A stretch of DNA of 64,000 nucleotides from Gammaproteobacteria bacterium (GCA_035688265.1 DASSNE010000056.1:4255-68254); one strand, 5' to 3'; shown: positions 1 through 9,953, counted from the stretch's first letter. The notes: a model not told the origin generated them from the letters alone. Numbers and translations are program-made.

Positions 1-3000
1 GCACAGAAAACCGGGCCGCCCAAGCTCAAGCCGCCGCTGTCGGTCAACCTCAAACACGTCATCGTGCAGAATGTGGTCGTGCACGGTGCGGCCGGCAATA
101 AGCCGTTTGTGATCAAGACGGCCGAACTCTCCGGCAAGCTCACCAAGAAGAAGCTCGCGATCAACCATATCGAGGCGCACGGGCCGCTGTTCGACGTGGC
201 CGGGCACGCGAGCATCGTGCCGGACAACGATTATCCCACCGCCGGCCAGCTTGATTTCAAGCTGCATCTGCCCGGCTACGCACCGGCGAGCGGCACCACG
301 ATCATCGCCGGCAGCCTGCGCAACCTGCGCGTCACGCTGGCGGTCGCGCCGCCGTACCACATGCAGGCCGCGCTGATCGCCGATGCGCTCGCCCGACCGG
401 TCACGATGCAGGCGCAGGTCACGCTGGCGGGTATGCCGCTGCACGAAGTTCACGCGGCGTGGCCGAAGATCGCCCTCGATGCCACCGCGAAGGCGCACGG
501 CGCGCCGACGAATCTGCAATACCGGCTCACGAGCCGGCTCGACGGCACCAGGATCGGCAAGCTCGACATCGCTCTCGACGGCGGCTACGCCAACAAGATC
601 GCGACGATCAACAACCTCGCCGTCACCCGGCCGGACAGCCGCACGCGGCTGCACGCCACCGGCAAGGTCAACACCGCCGGCAACGCGCCGGTGCTCGCGC
701 TGCACCTCGACTGGCACGCGCTCGGCTACCCGTTCATCGGGCCGCCGAAGATCACGCTGCCGAGCGGTCAGGCCACCGTCAACGGCAGCCTGAAGCAGTT
801 GCAGGCGACCTGGCAGACGGCGCTCGGCAAGCAGGGTCACCTGCAGGGCACTGCGCGACGCAACGGCGCGCAATTCGCAGTCAACGCCAAATGGCGGCAA
901 CTGCGCTGGCCGGGCGGCGGCGGCCGCGTATCGAGCCCCAGCGGCACGCTGACCTTCGGCGGCACGCTGTCGGACTATCAATTGAAAGTCGATGCACGGA
1001 TGAGCGCGCCGGGGCAGACGCAGGGCCACCTGATCGTGCGCGGCACCGGCGACCAAAACTCGATCCGGATCAGCGAAATCAACCTCAAGGCGCTGCAGGG
1101 CGAACTGGTGGGCGTGGCGCAGGCGCAATGGAAGCCGACACTCGACGGCCAGGTTCACCTGCGCGGCCACGGCATCAACCCGGGCCTGCTGGTCAGCGGC
1201 TGGCCGGGCAGCCTCGGCCTCAAGCTCGACGCGCAGGCGACGCGCCACGGCGGCACACTGACCGCCAGCGTCAAGACGCTGAGCGTGGACGGCAAGCTGC
1301 GCGGCTATCCGGTCGCGCTCGATGCGCAAGCGGACTACGGCAACAAGGTGCTGCACCTCAAGCAGTTCGCGGTCACGTCCGGCCCCAGCCACTTGAGCGC
1401 GCAAGGCAGTATCGGCCAGTTGCTGGATCTGCAATGGCGCCTCGACAGCCCCAAGCTCGCCTCGCTCTATCCCGGCGCGCAAGGCGCGCTGACCGGCCAC
1501 GGCCGCGTCGAAGGCCCGCGCAAAAAACCGCACGTGATCGCGGTGCTGAATGGCTCGCAAATCGAGCTCGCGCTGCGCGGCAAGGCGTACGCGTTCAAGA
1601 AGCTGGCGGTCGACGCCAATGTCGATCTGCGCGGCAGGCAACGCTCGCACCTGCAGGTCGCGGTCGCGAACGGCAGCGCCGCCAACATTGCGATCAAGTC
1701 GATCCGCCTCACCGGCCAGGGCACGCCGGCCGACCATCATCTGACCCTCGTCGCCGATACCAGCCGCGGCGCGGCGCAACTGGCGGTGGCCGGCAGCCTC
1801 AAGGACCAGCGCTGGAATTTCACGCTGAACCAGGCGACGCTCGCCTACCCGCAGCTCGCGCCATGGCAACTCGTGCAGCCGAGTAGCGGCTACCTGAGCC
1901 GCAAGGAATTTGCGCTATCGAAAACCTGCTGGCAGACCACCGGCAAGGCCGAAGCCTGCGTGCACGCGACGCGCACCGGCACCAAGCTCGCCGGCGGCTT
2001 CAACCTGAGCGATCTGGCATTCGCCTACTTCGCGCCGCTGACGCCGCCGACCGTCGGCGAGACCGGCAGCCTGAGCGCCCGCGGGACGTTCGCGCGCAAC
2101 GGCAAGAAAGGGCTGCCGACGGTGCACGTCACCGCCAGCACGACCAAGACAGTCCTGCTCGCCCAGGTACCGCCATCTCCGGGCGCGCAACCGAATGCCG
2201 CCGCGCCGCCGCAGCGCGTGGTGGCCTTCGCGCCCAGCACGCTCAAGCTCGACCTCGACAGTTCCGGCCTGCAACTCGACGCGGCGCTGAAACTGCTGAA
2301 GCAAAACGGCGGCCTGTTCTTCACCGCCCGCATTCCGGGCGGCAAGGCCAGGCCGCTGCTCAAGCGCCCGCTCACGGCGAAACTGACCACCGACATCCCC
2401 GACATCAGTTTCGTGTCGCGCTTCAAGCCGGGCGCCGGCCAGGTCAGCGGCCGGCTCGCCGGCACGATGCACGTTCGCGGCACGCTGGCGGCGCCGGAGT
2501 TGCAGGGCCGCATCGCGCTCAAAGACGGCGGAGCGCAGCTCTCGCAAGTCGGCCTCAAGCTGTCCGACGTCGGCCTCGTGCTCGCCGGCCTGCCCGGCGG
2601 CGGCATATCGATCAACGGCAATGCGAAGTCCGGCGGCGGCGCGATCGCGATCGACGGCACCGCCAACCTGGTCGCCCAGCCGCGCCACGCCGACATTGCG
2701 ATTCGCGGCGACCAGTTCCAGGCGCTCGGCAACACGCTCGGCAACGTGTTCATCTCGCCGGACCTGACGCTGACGCTGCGCGGCAAGGCGATGAAGCTGA
2801 CCGGTACGGTCAAGGTGCCGAAAGCGCGGCTGACGCCGGAGGAAATCCCGCAGTCGGCGGTCAAGGTGTCGCGCGATCAGATCATTATCCAGCCGGGCAA
2901 GAAGGCGACATCGAGCTTCGCGCACAACTTCAACGCCGACATCCACCTGGTGCTCGGCGACAACGTGCATTTCAAAGGCTTCGGCCTGAAAAGCCAGATC

Positions 3001-3663
3001 AAGGGCGCGTTCGAAATCTTCGAACAAGGCGACAAGCCCACGCGCGCGAGCGGCCAGTTAAGCCTGGTGAACGGCGAATATCGCGCCTACGGCCAGGGGC
3101 TGGTGATCGAACAGGGGACGCTGCTGTTCGCCGGGCCGATCACCGAGCCGGGCGTCGACATGCGCGCGGTGCGCCACCCGGCCAAGGACATCACCGTGGG
3201 CGTGTCGATCAGCGGTACGCTCAAGCAGCCGAACTTCGAACTGTTCTCGGACCCGCCGATGACGCAGGCGGAAACGCTGTCATGGCTGGTGCTCGGCCGC
3301 CCGCTCGAAGGCACGTCCGATCAGCAGGGGTCGGCGCTAAGCCGCCTCGCGCTGGGCCTCGGCATCACGCAAAGCAACAAGGTCGCGAAGAACCTCGGCA
3401 AGAGCCTGGGGCTGGACACGTTCAGTATCCAGACCGGTTCGAGCGAAGCCGGGTCCGCGCAGAACGTCTATCAGGCTGCGCTGGTGATCGGCAAGTACCT
3501 GTCGCCCGGACTGTATGTCAGCTACGGCATCGGCCTGTTCGAACCGGTCAACACGGTGCGCCTCGAATACACGCTCAGCAGCAAGTGGAAGCTCGCAACC
3601 GAATCGAGCAGCATCGCCAGCGGCGGCGATTTGATTTACACCCTGGAGACGAAGACACCTTAA
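1..3663 (+). CDS. tamB: TamB, inner-membrane subunit of the translocation and assembly module (5' end outside window)
   Basis: Frame 1 is open from base 1, so the listed ORF 64..3663 only marks the first in-frame GTG. More than 1200 aa of Gly/Leu/Ala-rich beta-like repeats, with a C-terminal DUF490-like block (SGQLSLVNGEYRAYGQGLVIEQGTLLFAGP ... SSKWKLATESS). Confidence 0.8.
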   Translation, partial: AQKTGPPKLKPPLSVNLKHVIVQNVVVHGAAGNKPFVIKTAELSGKLTKKKLAINHIEAHGPLFDVAGHASIVPDNDYPTAGQLDFKLHLPGYAPASGTTIIAGSLRNLRVTLAVAPPYHMQAALIADALARPVTMQAQVTLAGMPLHEVHAAWPKIALDATAKAHGAPTNLQYRLTSRLDGTRIGKLDIALDGGYANKIATINNLAVTRPDSRTRLHATGKVNTAGNAPVLALHLDWHALGYPFIGPPKITLPSGQATVNGSLKQLQATWQTALGKQGHLQGTARRNGAQFAVNAKWRQLRWPGGGGRVSSPSGTLTFGGTLSDYQLKVDARMSAPGQTQGHLIVRGTGDQNSIRISEINLKALQGELVGVAQAQWKPTLDGQVHLRGHGINPGLLVSGWPGSLGLKLDAQATRHGGTLTASVKTLSVDGKLRGYPVALDAQADYGNKVLHLKQFAVTSGPSHLSAQGSIGQLLDLQWRLDSPKLASLYPGAQGALTGHGRVEGPRKKPHVIAVLNGSQIELALRGKAYAFKKLAVDANVDLRGRQRSHLQVAVANGSAANIAIKSIRLTGQGTPADHHLTLVADTSRGAAQLAVAGSLKDQRWNFTLNQATLAYPQLAPWQLVQPSSGYLSRKEFALSKTCWQTTGKAEACVHATRTGTKLAGGFNLSDLAFAYFAPLTPPTVGETGSLSARGTFARNGKKGLPTVHVTASTTKTVLLAQVPPSPGAQPNAAAPPQRVVAFAPSTLKLDLDSSGLQLDAALKLLKQNGGLFFTARIPGGKARPLLKRPLTAKLTTDIPDISFVSRFKPGAGQVSGRLAGTMHVRGTLAAPELQGRIALKDGGAQLSQVGLKLSDVGLVLAGLPGGGISINGNAKSGGGAIAIDGTANLVAQPRHADIAIRGDQFQALGNTLGNVFISPDLTLTLRGKAMKLTGTVKVPKARLTPEEIPQSAVKVSRDQIIIQPGKKATSSFAHNFNADIHLVLGDNVHFKGFGLKSQIKGAFEIFEQGDKPTRASGQLSLVNGEYRAYGQGLVIEQGTLLFAGPITEPGVDMRAVRHPAKDITVGVSISGTLKQPNFELFSDPPMTQAETLSWLVLGRPLEGTSDQQGSALSRLALGLGITQSNKVAKNLGKSLGLDTFSIQTGSSEAGSAQNVYQAALVIGKYLSPGLYVSYGIGLFEPVNTVRLEYTLSSKWKLATESSSIASGGDLIYTLETKTP

Positions 3664-4604
3664 ACCAGCTCTTCAAGCACCGCGCACCACGCCGCCGCAA
3701 TATTCGGCCGGTGATACCCGCCGCCGCCCAGCGCCACCAGCCGCCCGTCGCACCATTCCTCCGCAAGCGCCCGCAACCGGCGCGCGGCATGCGCATGCGC
3801 GGCCGGCGAATAGCTCATATGGGTAATCGGATCGCCGGCGAGACTGTCGGCACCACATTGCAGCAGGATCAACCCCGGCCGATGCTGCGCGAGATGTGCC
3901 TCAACCCGCGGCCATGCCTGCATGAAAGCATCGTCATCGGCGCCGGCGGGCATCGGAATATTCAACTTCGTGCCTGCCGCATCGCCCTTGCCGGTCTCCC
4001 CGGCGCTGCCGGTGCCGGGATACAGCGTGCGGCCGTCCTCGTGCACGTCCGCGAAGATCAGATCCGGATCGTCTTCGTAGGCATAAAAAACGCCGTCGCC
4101 GTGGTGCGCGTCGATATCGACGTAGGCGATACGGCGAATGCCGTGCGCGGCGCGCAACGCCTCGATTGCGACGCCGATATCATTGAGCGCGCAAAAGCCG
4201 GCGGCGTGTTCGCGGCCGGCGTGGTGCAGTCCGCCAATGGGGACGAACGCCCGACGACAGTGGCGGGCGGCGACGTCGGCGCAGGCATTGATGCTGGCGC
4301 CCGCCACCTGGCAGGCGGCCTTGAACAGCCCCGGTTCGGCGGGCGTGTCGCCATCATCGAGAAAGCCGTTGCCGGTGCGGCAGCGCTCGGCAACAAAATC
4401 GAGAAACGCCGGCGTATGAAACCGCTCCAACTCCGCGCGCGTCGCCGCCCGCAAGTCGCCGCGCGTGACCTTCGCGTCCAGTCCCCGGCGCACCGCTTCG
4501 CTCCAGAAGGCGTCATGGCGATCGCGCCCGAACGGGTGGGGATCGTTGAAGCCGTACGCGGCGACCGATGCGCCAACGTAAACACGCACGCCTTCGGCAC
4601 TCAC
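3660..4604 (-). CDS. Histone deacetylase-family protein (AcuC/acetylpolyamine amidohydrolase-like)
   Basis: Motifs HHAGREHAAGFC, DIDAHHGDGV and GGGGY of the arginase/deacetylase fold. I prefer the GTG at 4604 over the ATG at 4655: it has GGAGG 7 nt upstream and overlaps the upstream stop codon (GTGA). Confidence 0.8.
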   Translation of the reverse strand: MSAEGVRVYVGASVAAYGFNDPHPFGRDRHDAFWSEAVRRGLDAKVTRGDLRAATRAELERFHTPAFLDFVAERCRTGNGFLDDGDTPAEPGLFKAACQVAGASINACADVAARHCRRAFVPIGGLHHAGREHAAGFCALNDIGVAIEALRAAHGIRRIAYVDIDAHHGDGVFYAYEDDPDLIFADVHEDGRTLYPGTGSAGETGKGDAAGTKLNIPMPAGADDDAFMQAWPRVEAHLAQHRPGLILLQCGADSLAGDPITHMSYSPAAHAHAARRLRALAEEWCDGRLVALGGGGYHRPNIAAAWCAVLEELV

Positions 4605-5278
4605 CGCAACACCTCCAGCAGCCACCCGCGCAGATCGGCAATTTCCTCCGGGCATACCGCGTGCTGCATCGGGTACTCATGCCAGTCCACATTGAAACCG
4701 GCATCGACCAGCGCCTCGCGGCTGTCGCGGCCGAGATCGGGCGCGACCACCGGATCGAGCGACCCGTGCGCCATGAATACCGGCAGGTCGCGGTTCGCAG
4801 GCGCCGCTTCGGCCGCCAGCGTCGCGGCGGTCAGGCTGAACGTCGACAGCGCCACCAGCGCCGCCAGCCGCTCCGGATAACGCGGCGCCGTATGCAGCGC
4901 CACCGCCCCGCCCTGCGAAAAGCCCGCCAGCACGATCCGCTCGGCCGGCACGCCGCGCGCGTTCTCGCGCCCGATCAGCTCGTGCACCCGCCGCTCCGAC
5001 TCGCGCAGCGCCTCGAGATCGATCCGCGTCGTCCGATCGAGTGCCGTCAGATCGAACCATGCGCGCATCGGCTGCCCGCCGTTCAACGTCACTGGCCGCA
5101 CCGGCGCGTGCGGAAACACGAACCGCACGGCCAGCTCGTCCGGCAGCTTCAGCTCCGGCACCAATGGTTCGAAATCGTGCCCGTCCGCGCCCAGGCCGTG
5201 GAGCCAGATGATGGTGAAACGCGCCTCACCCGTCGGGTTGACCTCGACGGCATTTAGATCAGTTGTGTTGGTATCCAT
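4601..5278 (-). CDS. Carboxylesterase/phospholipase-family alpha/beta hydrolase
   Basis: 225 aa with WLHGLGADGHDF, the GFSQGG nucleophile elbow and a C-terminal His block, matching the Abhydrolase_2 carboxylesterase type. Confidence 0.8.
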   Translation of the reverse strand: MDTNTTDLNAVEVNPTGEARFTIIWLHGLGADGHDFEPLVPELKLPDELAVRFVFPHAPVRPVTLNGGQPMRAWFDLTALDRTTRIDLEALRESERRVHELIGRENARGVPAERIVLAGFSQGGAVALHTAPRYPERLAALVALSTFSLTAATLAAEAAPANRDLPVFMAHGSLDPVVAPDLGRDSREALVDAGFNVDWHEYPMQHAVCPEEIADLRGWLLEVLR

Positions 5279-5332
5279 CTGCGAAGTTTATCAGCCACCT
5301 CTCTCGCGCCTTTCCACCGGCTGTTGGATATA

Positions 5333-5362
5333 TTGACAACACCTTGGCAGTGTTGTTACTAT
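5333..5362 (+). promoter_or_regulatory. Sigma70-like promoter (TTGACA-18-TACTAT), probably giving a leaderless transcript for the 5370 gene
   Basis: TTGACA at 5333-5338 and TACTAT at 5357-5362. The ATG at 5370 lies 7 nt after the -10 with no SD. Nested inverted repeats sit at 5322-5331/5361-5370 and 5336-5342/5350-5356. Confidence 0.45.
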
Positions 5363-5369
5363 CTCCAAC

Positions 5370-5672
5370 ATGAAGGCCGAACTGCTATTCCGCAAGCGCT
5401 TGAGCCTGACGGAAACGGCATTCGTGGAACTGGTCGTTCACCGAGTGCCGACACCGGTGCCGTCCAGCCGCCATAATTTCAAATATCGGCTGGCGCTGAT
5501 TTCGGACAATGTGTGCGTTTTGCGCTACGACAATGAATCCGGCAAGGGCGACCATCAACATGTGGCGGGAGAGGAAGTGCCATATGACTTTCGCGATCTC
5601 TCGACACTCGAGGCCGATTTCTGGCGCGATGTGGAAAGCTGGAGGAATAGTGATGGAAACCGTAACCATTAG
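5370..5672 (+). CDS. DUF6516/TumE-like putative toxin
   Basis: 100 aa. The block LRYDNESGKGDHQHV..EVPYDF resembles the conserved core I recall for TumE-family proteins. It overlaps the downstream wHTH gene by 20 nt and sits in a lower-GC patch. Confidence 0.5.
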   Translation: MKAELLFRKRLSLTETAFVELVVHRVPTPVPSSRHNFKYRLALISDNVCVLRYDNESGKGDHQHVAGEEVPYDFRDLSTLEADFWRDVESWRNSDGNRNH

Positions 5673-5994
5673 CGTTTCGTCGGTTGAAGAAACGAAGCGA
5701 CAACTGGCCGCCGCCTTTCGCGGCGAGAAGCAAGGGAATCATATCTCGTTCGCGTCCGTCGAGCTCCTGTGGAAAGTGCTCTCCGCGAAGCGTTGGGAGT
5801 TGCTCAAGGCAATGACCGGTCAGGGCCCCATGACGATTCGCGAGACCGCACGGCGGGTCGGGCGCGACGTGAAGGCGGTGCATGGCGATGTGCACGCGCT
5901 GCTGAATGCCGGCGTATTGGACAAAACCGAGGACGGCAAGATTGTTTTTCCCTACGATGCCGTGCATGTTGATTTCACCGTGAAAGCGGCCTGA
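5653..5994 (+). CDS. Winged-helix DNA-binding protein, putative cognate antitoxin/regulator
   Basis: ATG at 5653 with GGAGG at 5641-5645. HTH core: ELLKAMTGQGPMTIRETARRVGRDVKAVHGDVHALLNAGVLD. The upstream part of the track ORF (5509..) is out-of-context sequence inside the previous gene. Confidence 0.55.
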   Translation: METVTISVSSVEETKRQLAAAFRGEKQGNHISFASVELLWKVLSAKRWELLKAMTGQGPMTIRETARRVGRDVKAVHGDVHALLNAGVLDKTEDGKIVFPYDAVHVDFTVKAA

Positions 5995-6024
5995 CAACCT
6001 CGTTCCCCCGAACTGGGAGTTATC

Positions 6025-7188
6025 ATGCGCTGTCGTCTTGTTGTCATTGCCCTGCTGGGGCTCGCTTCGATGCCGGCATACGCCCAACATAAAAACCTGC
6101 GCGCCCATGGCATCGCGATCGGCGTACTCCAGCCCGGCAAGTGGAACGCGATCACGGATGTTCCCGGAGTGAAGGTGGGCCAGGTCACGCTGATCAAACG
6201 CGACAATGTCCGCACCGGCGTCACGGCCATTCTGCCGCACCCCGGCAATATCTTTCAGAGCAAGGTTCCGGCTGCTGTTTACGTGGGCAACGGGTTTGGA
6301 AAGCTGACCGGCACGACGCAAATCGAAGAACTCGGCAACATTGAAACGCCCATTATCCTGACCAACACCCTCAGCGTACCCACCGCCGCGGATGCGCTGA
6401 TTGATTACACCTTCACCTTCTCTGCAAACAACGACGTGCGATCGGTGAACCCGGTGGTCGGGGAAACCAACGACGGCTACCTGAACGATATTCGCGGCCG
6501 CCATGTCGGCAAGCAGGACGTGCTCGACGCCATCAAGGCCGCCGCCGGCGGCAAGGTCGAACAGGGCGATGTCGGCGCCGGCACCGGGACGGTCGCCTTC
6601 GGATTCAAAGGCGGCATTGGTACTTCGTCGCGAAAACTGCCCGAGAATCTGGGCGGCTACGCGGTGGGTGTGCTGGTTCAGACGAACTTCGGCGGCGCCT
6701 TGAGGATCAACGGCGTCTCGGTCGGCAAGGCGCTGCACAAATACTATTTGAGCGACAAGCTCAATTATTCGCCGGACGGCTCCTGCATGATCGTGGTAGC
6801 GACCGACGCGCCGCTCGACGCCCGCAATCTGAAACGGCTGGCGAAGCGCGCGATCCTCGGGCTCGGGCGAACGGGCGGCATCGAGTCGAATGGCAGCGGC
6901 GACTACGTGATTGCCTTTTCGACCAATAAGGCCGTGCGCATGCCGTACCACTCGGACAGCCCCACGCGGAAAGTTACATTATTGCGGAACGACACGATGT
7001 CGCCGTTGTTCATGGCCGTGATCGAGGCCACCGAAGAGGCCATCGTCAATTCGCTGTTTCACGCCGAAACAATGACCGGCCGGGACCACCATACGGTGCC
7101 GGAACTGCCTGTCGACAAGGTGCTCAGAATCATGGCGCAGCACGGATATACTGTCTCGCGTCAGGCTGCGAAACGACCTGGATTTTGA
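6025..7188 (+). CDS. Peptidase S58/P1 family (DmpA-like aminopeptidase), secreted
   Basis: Signal peptide [20 protein letters not shown], plus the [13 protein letters not shown] and [12 protein letters not shown] blocks typical of DmpA/BapA-type Ntn peptidases. Confidence 0.8.
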   Translation: MRCRLVVIALLGLASMPAYAQHKNLRAHGIAIGVLQPGKWNAITDVPGVKVGQVTLIKRDNVRTGVTAILPHPGNIFQSKVPAAVYVGNGFGKLTGTTQIEELGNIETPIILTNTLSVPTAADALIDYTFTFSANNDVRSVNPVVGETNDGYLNDIRGRHVGKQDVLDAIKAAAGGKVEQGDVGAGTGTVAFGFKGGIGTSSRKLPENLGGYAVGVLVQTNFGGALRINGVSVGKALHKYYLSDKLNYSPDGSCMIVVATDAPLDARNLKRLAKRAILGLGRTGGIESNGSGDYVIAFSTNKAVRMPYHSDSPTRKVTLLRNDTMSPLFMAVIEATEEAIVNSLFHAETMTGRDHHTVPELPVDKVLRIMAQHGYTVSRQAAKRPGF

Positions 7189-7943
7189 AGTACACCGGCC
7201 AACATGTCCTAATCACCGGCGCGTCGCGCGGCATCGGCCGTGCGATTGCGATGGCGTTTGCCGCCGAAGGTGCGCGGGTGGCGGTGCATTACCGCGCCAA
7301 TGCGAAAGCCGCGGACGATACGCTCGTCGCGCTGCCCGGGGGCGGGCACATCGACGTGGCGGCCGATGTGTCGGATCCGGCGGAGTGCGAGCGGCTGGTG
7401 CGCGAGACGGCCGAGCGGCTCGGCGGGCTCGATGTGCTGGTCAACAACGCCGGCATTTACGAGACGCGCCCGGTGCTCGAGCACACTTACGCGGAATGGC
7501 AGGCGTCCTGGCGCAAGACGCTGGCGACCAATCTGGATGGGCCGGCCAACCTGTGCTTCCTCGCCGCGCATTACATGGCCGCGCACGGCGGCGGGCGAAT
7601 CGTCAACATTTCTTCACGCGGCGCGTTTCGCGGCGAACCGGTCGCGCCCGCGTACGGCGCGAGCAAGGCCGGATTGAACGCGCTCAGCCAGTCGCTCGCG
7701 GTGGCGCTTGCGCCGCACAACGTGTTCGTCGGCGTGGTCGCGCCGGGTTTTGTCGAAACCGACATGACCGAATCGCATTTGCACGGCCCACAGGGTGACG
7801 CGATTCGCGCACAGAGTCCGCTGAACCGGGTGGCCGGCGCCGACGAAATCGCGAAGGCTGTGCTGTTTCTGGCCGATCCGGACCTGCCGTCCGTCACCGG
7901 CGCGATCATCGACGTGAACGGCGCGTCCTACCTGCGCTCATGA
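7185..7943 (+). CDS. SDR-family oxidoreductase
   Basis: TGASRGIG Rossmann motif, NNAG, and the catalytic Ser...YGASK. The TTG start overlaps the upstream stop (TTGA). Confidence 0.85.
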   Translation: MKYTGQHVLITGASRGIGRAIAMAFAAEGARVAVHYRANAKAADDTLVALPGGGHIDVAADVSDPAECERLVRETAERLGGLDVLVNNAGIYETRPVLEHTYAEWQASWRKTLATNLDGPANLCFLAAHYMAAHGGGRIVNISSRGAFRGEPVAPAYGASKAGLNALSQSLAVALAPHNVFVGVVAPGFVETDMTESHLHGPQGDAIRAQSPLNRVAGADEIAKAVLFLADPDLPSVTGAIIDVNGASYLRS

Positions 7944-8617
7944 GCGGCACGCCACTGATCCTCTCCTGGAGCGGCGGCAAGGACAGCATACTGGCGCTCG
8001 ATGCGCTGCTGGCGGAAGGCGGCTGCGAAGTCGCCGGATTGCTGACGACCCTCAACCGCGCCCACGGGCGCATCAGCATGCACGGCGTGCGCGAGACGCT
8101 GCTCGACGCGCAGGCCGATGCGCTCGGCCTGCCGCTGCGCAAGGTTTATCTGCCGGAAAAGGCGAGCAACGACGACTACGCCGCCGCGATGAGCGCCGCG
8201 CTCGCGGACATCCGCGGCGACGGCGTCGACTGCGTCGCCTTCGGCGACATCTTTCTCGCCGACATTCGCGCCTACCGCGAGGCGCAGATGGCGACGGTCG
8301 ACATGCGCGCGCTGTTTCCGTTATGGGGCCAATCGACGGCGACACTGGCGCAGAGGTTTATCGCGCGCGGCTTTCGGGCGATCCTCACCTGCGTCGATAC
8401 CGACGCGATCAGCAGCAACTTCGCCGGCCGCACCTACGACCGGCAGCTGCTCGACGACCTGCCGTCCGGCTGCGACCCGTGCGGCGAGAACGGCGAGTTC
8501 CACACGTTCGTCTACGACGGACCGCTGTTGCGCGCACCGATCGCGGTCTCGACCGGCGAACGCGTGCTGCGCGATGCGCGCTTCAACTTCTGCGATCTCG
8601 TTGCCCGCGAAACCTGA
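7940..8617 (+). CDS. PP-loop ATP pyrophosphatase, Dph6/MJ0570-related (DUF71)
   Basis: N-terminal [10 protein letters not shown]-loop and a C-terminal [10 protein letters not shown] motif. ATGA overlap with the SDR gene. Confidence 0.7.
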   Translation: MSGTPLILSWSGGKDSILALDALLAEGGCEVAGLLTTLNRAHGRISMHGVRETLLDAQADALGLPLRKVYLPEKASNDDYAAAMSAALADIRGDGVDCVAFGDIFLADIRAYREAQMATVDMRALFPLWGQSTATLAQRFIARGFRAILTCVDTDAISSNFAGRTYDRQLLDDLPSGCDPCGENGEFHTFVYDGPLLRAPIAVSTGERVLRDARFNFCDLVARET

Positions 8618-8664
8618 TTCGCCCCATGTTGCAGATTTGGCCTGATTTGGCCATGCTTTAGCCC

Positions 8665-9078
8665 ATGAACAACAAACCGAATATCATGCTCACATCGCGC
8701 GACCTGGAACGGCTCGAAAAGCTGCTCGATTCGCTGCCCGACAACGCCTTTCCCGGCAAGGCGGCGCTCCAGGAAGAACTCGATCGCGCAGACGTGGTCG
8801 AGCCCGGCGATGTGCCGGCGACGGTCGTCACGATGAATTCGACGGTGCGATTTTCGATTCCGGACACCGGCAATGAATTTCGCCTGACGCTGGTGTACCC
8901 GAAAGACGTGGACGGCAAGGCCGACAAGATTTCGGTGCTCGCGCCGGTCGGCAGCGCGCTGCTCGGCTTATCGGTCGGCGATGAGCTGGAATGGCCGCGA
9001 CCCGGCGGCGGCATGACGCGCGTGCGGGTGGACGACATCCTCTATCAGCCGGAACGCGCCGGCGATCTGCACCGCTAA
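8665..9078 (+). CDS. rnk: Regulator of nucleoside diphosphate kinase (GreA/GreB-family C-terminal domain)
   Basis: 137 aa with LTSRDLERLEKLL ... VVTMNSTVRF ... ISVLAPVGSALLGLSVGDELEW, which matches the Rnk architecture. Confidence 0.85.
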   Translation: MNNKPNIMLTSRDLERLEKLLDSLPDNAFPGKAALQEELDRADVVEPGDVPATVVTMNSTVRFSIPDTGNEFRLTLVYPKDVDGKADKISVLAPVGSALLGLSVGDELEWPRPGGGMTRVRVDDILYQPERAGDLHR

Positions 9079-9893
9079 CGCCCGGCGGCCAGCAACTCCG
9101 GCACCGTCACGCATTCAAATCCCCGTTCCCGCAATCCGCGCGCGATCAGGCGCACGGCCTCGGCGCAGTGCGGCCGGTGCCGGCCCGGCAGGTCGTGGCC
9201 GTCGTGCAGCAGGATGATGTCGCCGCCGCGCACGCGCGAAAGCACCCGCCGGGCGATGCTTTCCGGATCGCCCAGGCGCGTGTCGCGGCTGTGCAGCGAC
9301 CAGGCAACGATCTTCACGTTGCGCCGCCACGCGGCACGTGCGAGACCGCCGCTTTTCAAGCCCACCGGCGGGCGATAGAGGATCGGCTGGGCCGCGCCTG
9401 CGACCGCACAAACCGCCTGCTGACAGCGATCGATTTCGTCCAGGTGCGACCGCGCCCCGTGAAAATTCTGCCAGCGCGAATGCCGCCACGAATGATTGCC
9501 AAGCGCATGGCCGGCGGCGGCGATCCGCCGCGCCAGTTCGGGCTGCGCGGCCAGCGCCTTGCCGATAACGAAAAATGTCGCCCTGGCCTGCGTCTCGGCG
9601 AGCGCATCCAGCACCGCGGGCGTCGTGGCCGGATCGGGGCCGTCGTCAAAGGTGAGCGCGACGCGCCGGTCGCCGCGCGGCCCGTGGCGGACCGTCGGGT
9701 AGAACAGGCTGGAGCCCGGGCGCGCGATGCCGTCCGCGACCAGCGCCGTCAGCGCCAGTGCCACCGCGCCCAGCGCGACCGGCGGCCACGCAAACGTCGC
9801 GATGCCGAATGCGGCAACAACGATGTACGCCAGGCAGAGGTGGTGCAGGTTGCAACGGCACGTGGCCCCCCACATCTTCGGCTGTATAATCAT
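9075..9893 (-). CDS. Polysaccharide deacetylase (NodB homology) family protein, membrane-anchored
   Basis: NodB motifs LTFDDGPD, GNHSWRHS and ILLHDG, with an N-terminal hydrophobic segment. The start could also be the ATG at 9875. Confidence 0.8.
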   Translation of the reverse strand: MIIQPKMWGATCRCNLHHLCLAYIVVAAFGIATFAWPPVALGAVALALTALVADGIARPGSSLFYPTVRHGPRGDRRVALTFDDGPDPATTPAVLDALAETQARATFFVIGKALAAQPELARRIAAAGHALGNHSWRHSRWQNFHGARSHLDEIDRCQQAVCAVAGAAQPILYRPPVGLKSGGLARAAWRRNVKIVAWSLHSRDTRLGDPESIARRVLSRVRGGDIILLHDGHDLPGRHRPHCAEAVRLIARGLRERGFECVTVPELLAAGR

Positions 9894-9953
9894 CGGGATG
9901 CGCTCTTCTTCCTGCCAACAGGATCATATCGCATCGACCGCCGGGAGGTTCGG

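Noticed and set aside
3660-3663. Convergent genes overlapping at their stop codons (tamB/deacetylase-family gene here, rnk/NodB deacetylase at 9075-9078, cupin/AraC at 17296-17308)
   Set aside because: The overlaps are real but common in compact high-GC genomes. No terminator or regulatory structure can be inferred from them, so they are recorded only as a caveat that 3' ends lack room for terminators.
5479-6951. 490-aa minus-strand ORF spanning the TA-like genes and the DmpA peptidase gene
   Set aside because: It is antisense to genes with clear family motifs, is Arg/Ala/Gly-rich with low complexity, and has no recognisable domain. This is a typical shadow ORF of high-GC DNA. The same reasoning applies to 3282..4880(+), 42554..44200(-), 50662..52545(-, antisense to thiC), 51627..53012(+), 55017..56960(-), 60024..61280(-) and the many 60-200 aa ORFs nested in real genes.
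8991-9953. N-terminal 321 codons of the 515-aa ORF 8991..10538
   Set aside because: This part is out of frame with rnk and antisense to the deacetylase gene, and it is Arg/Ala-rich. Hydrophobic membrane-protein sequence only begins at GTG 9954, which has a GGGAGG RBS. Similar trimming was applied to 10178..12238, 14157..15878, 23906..27142, 46693..48492, 45636..47012, 54738..55715, 56899..57840, 57399..58991, 59631..61322, 61076..62500 and 62433..63662.
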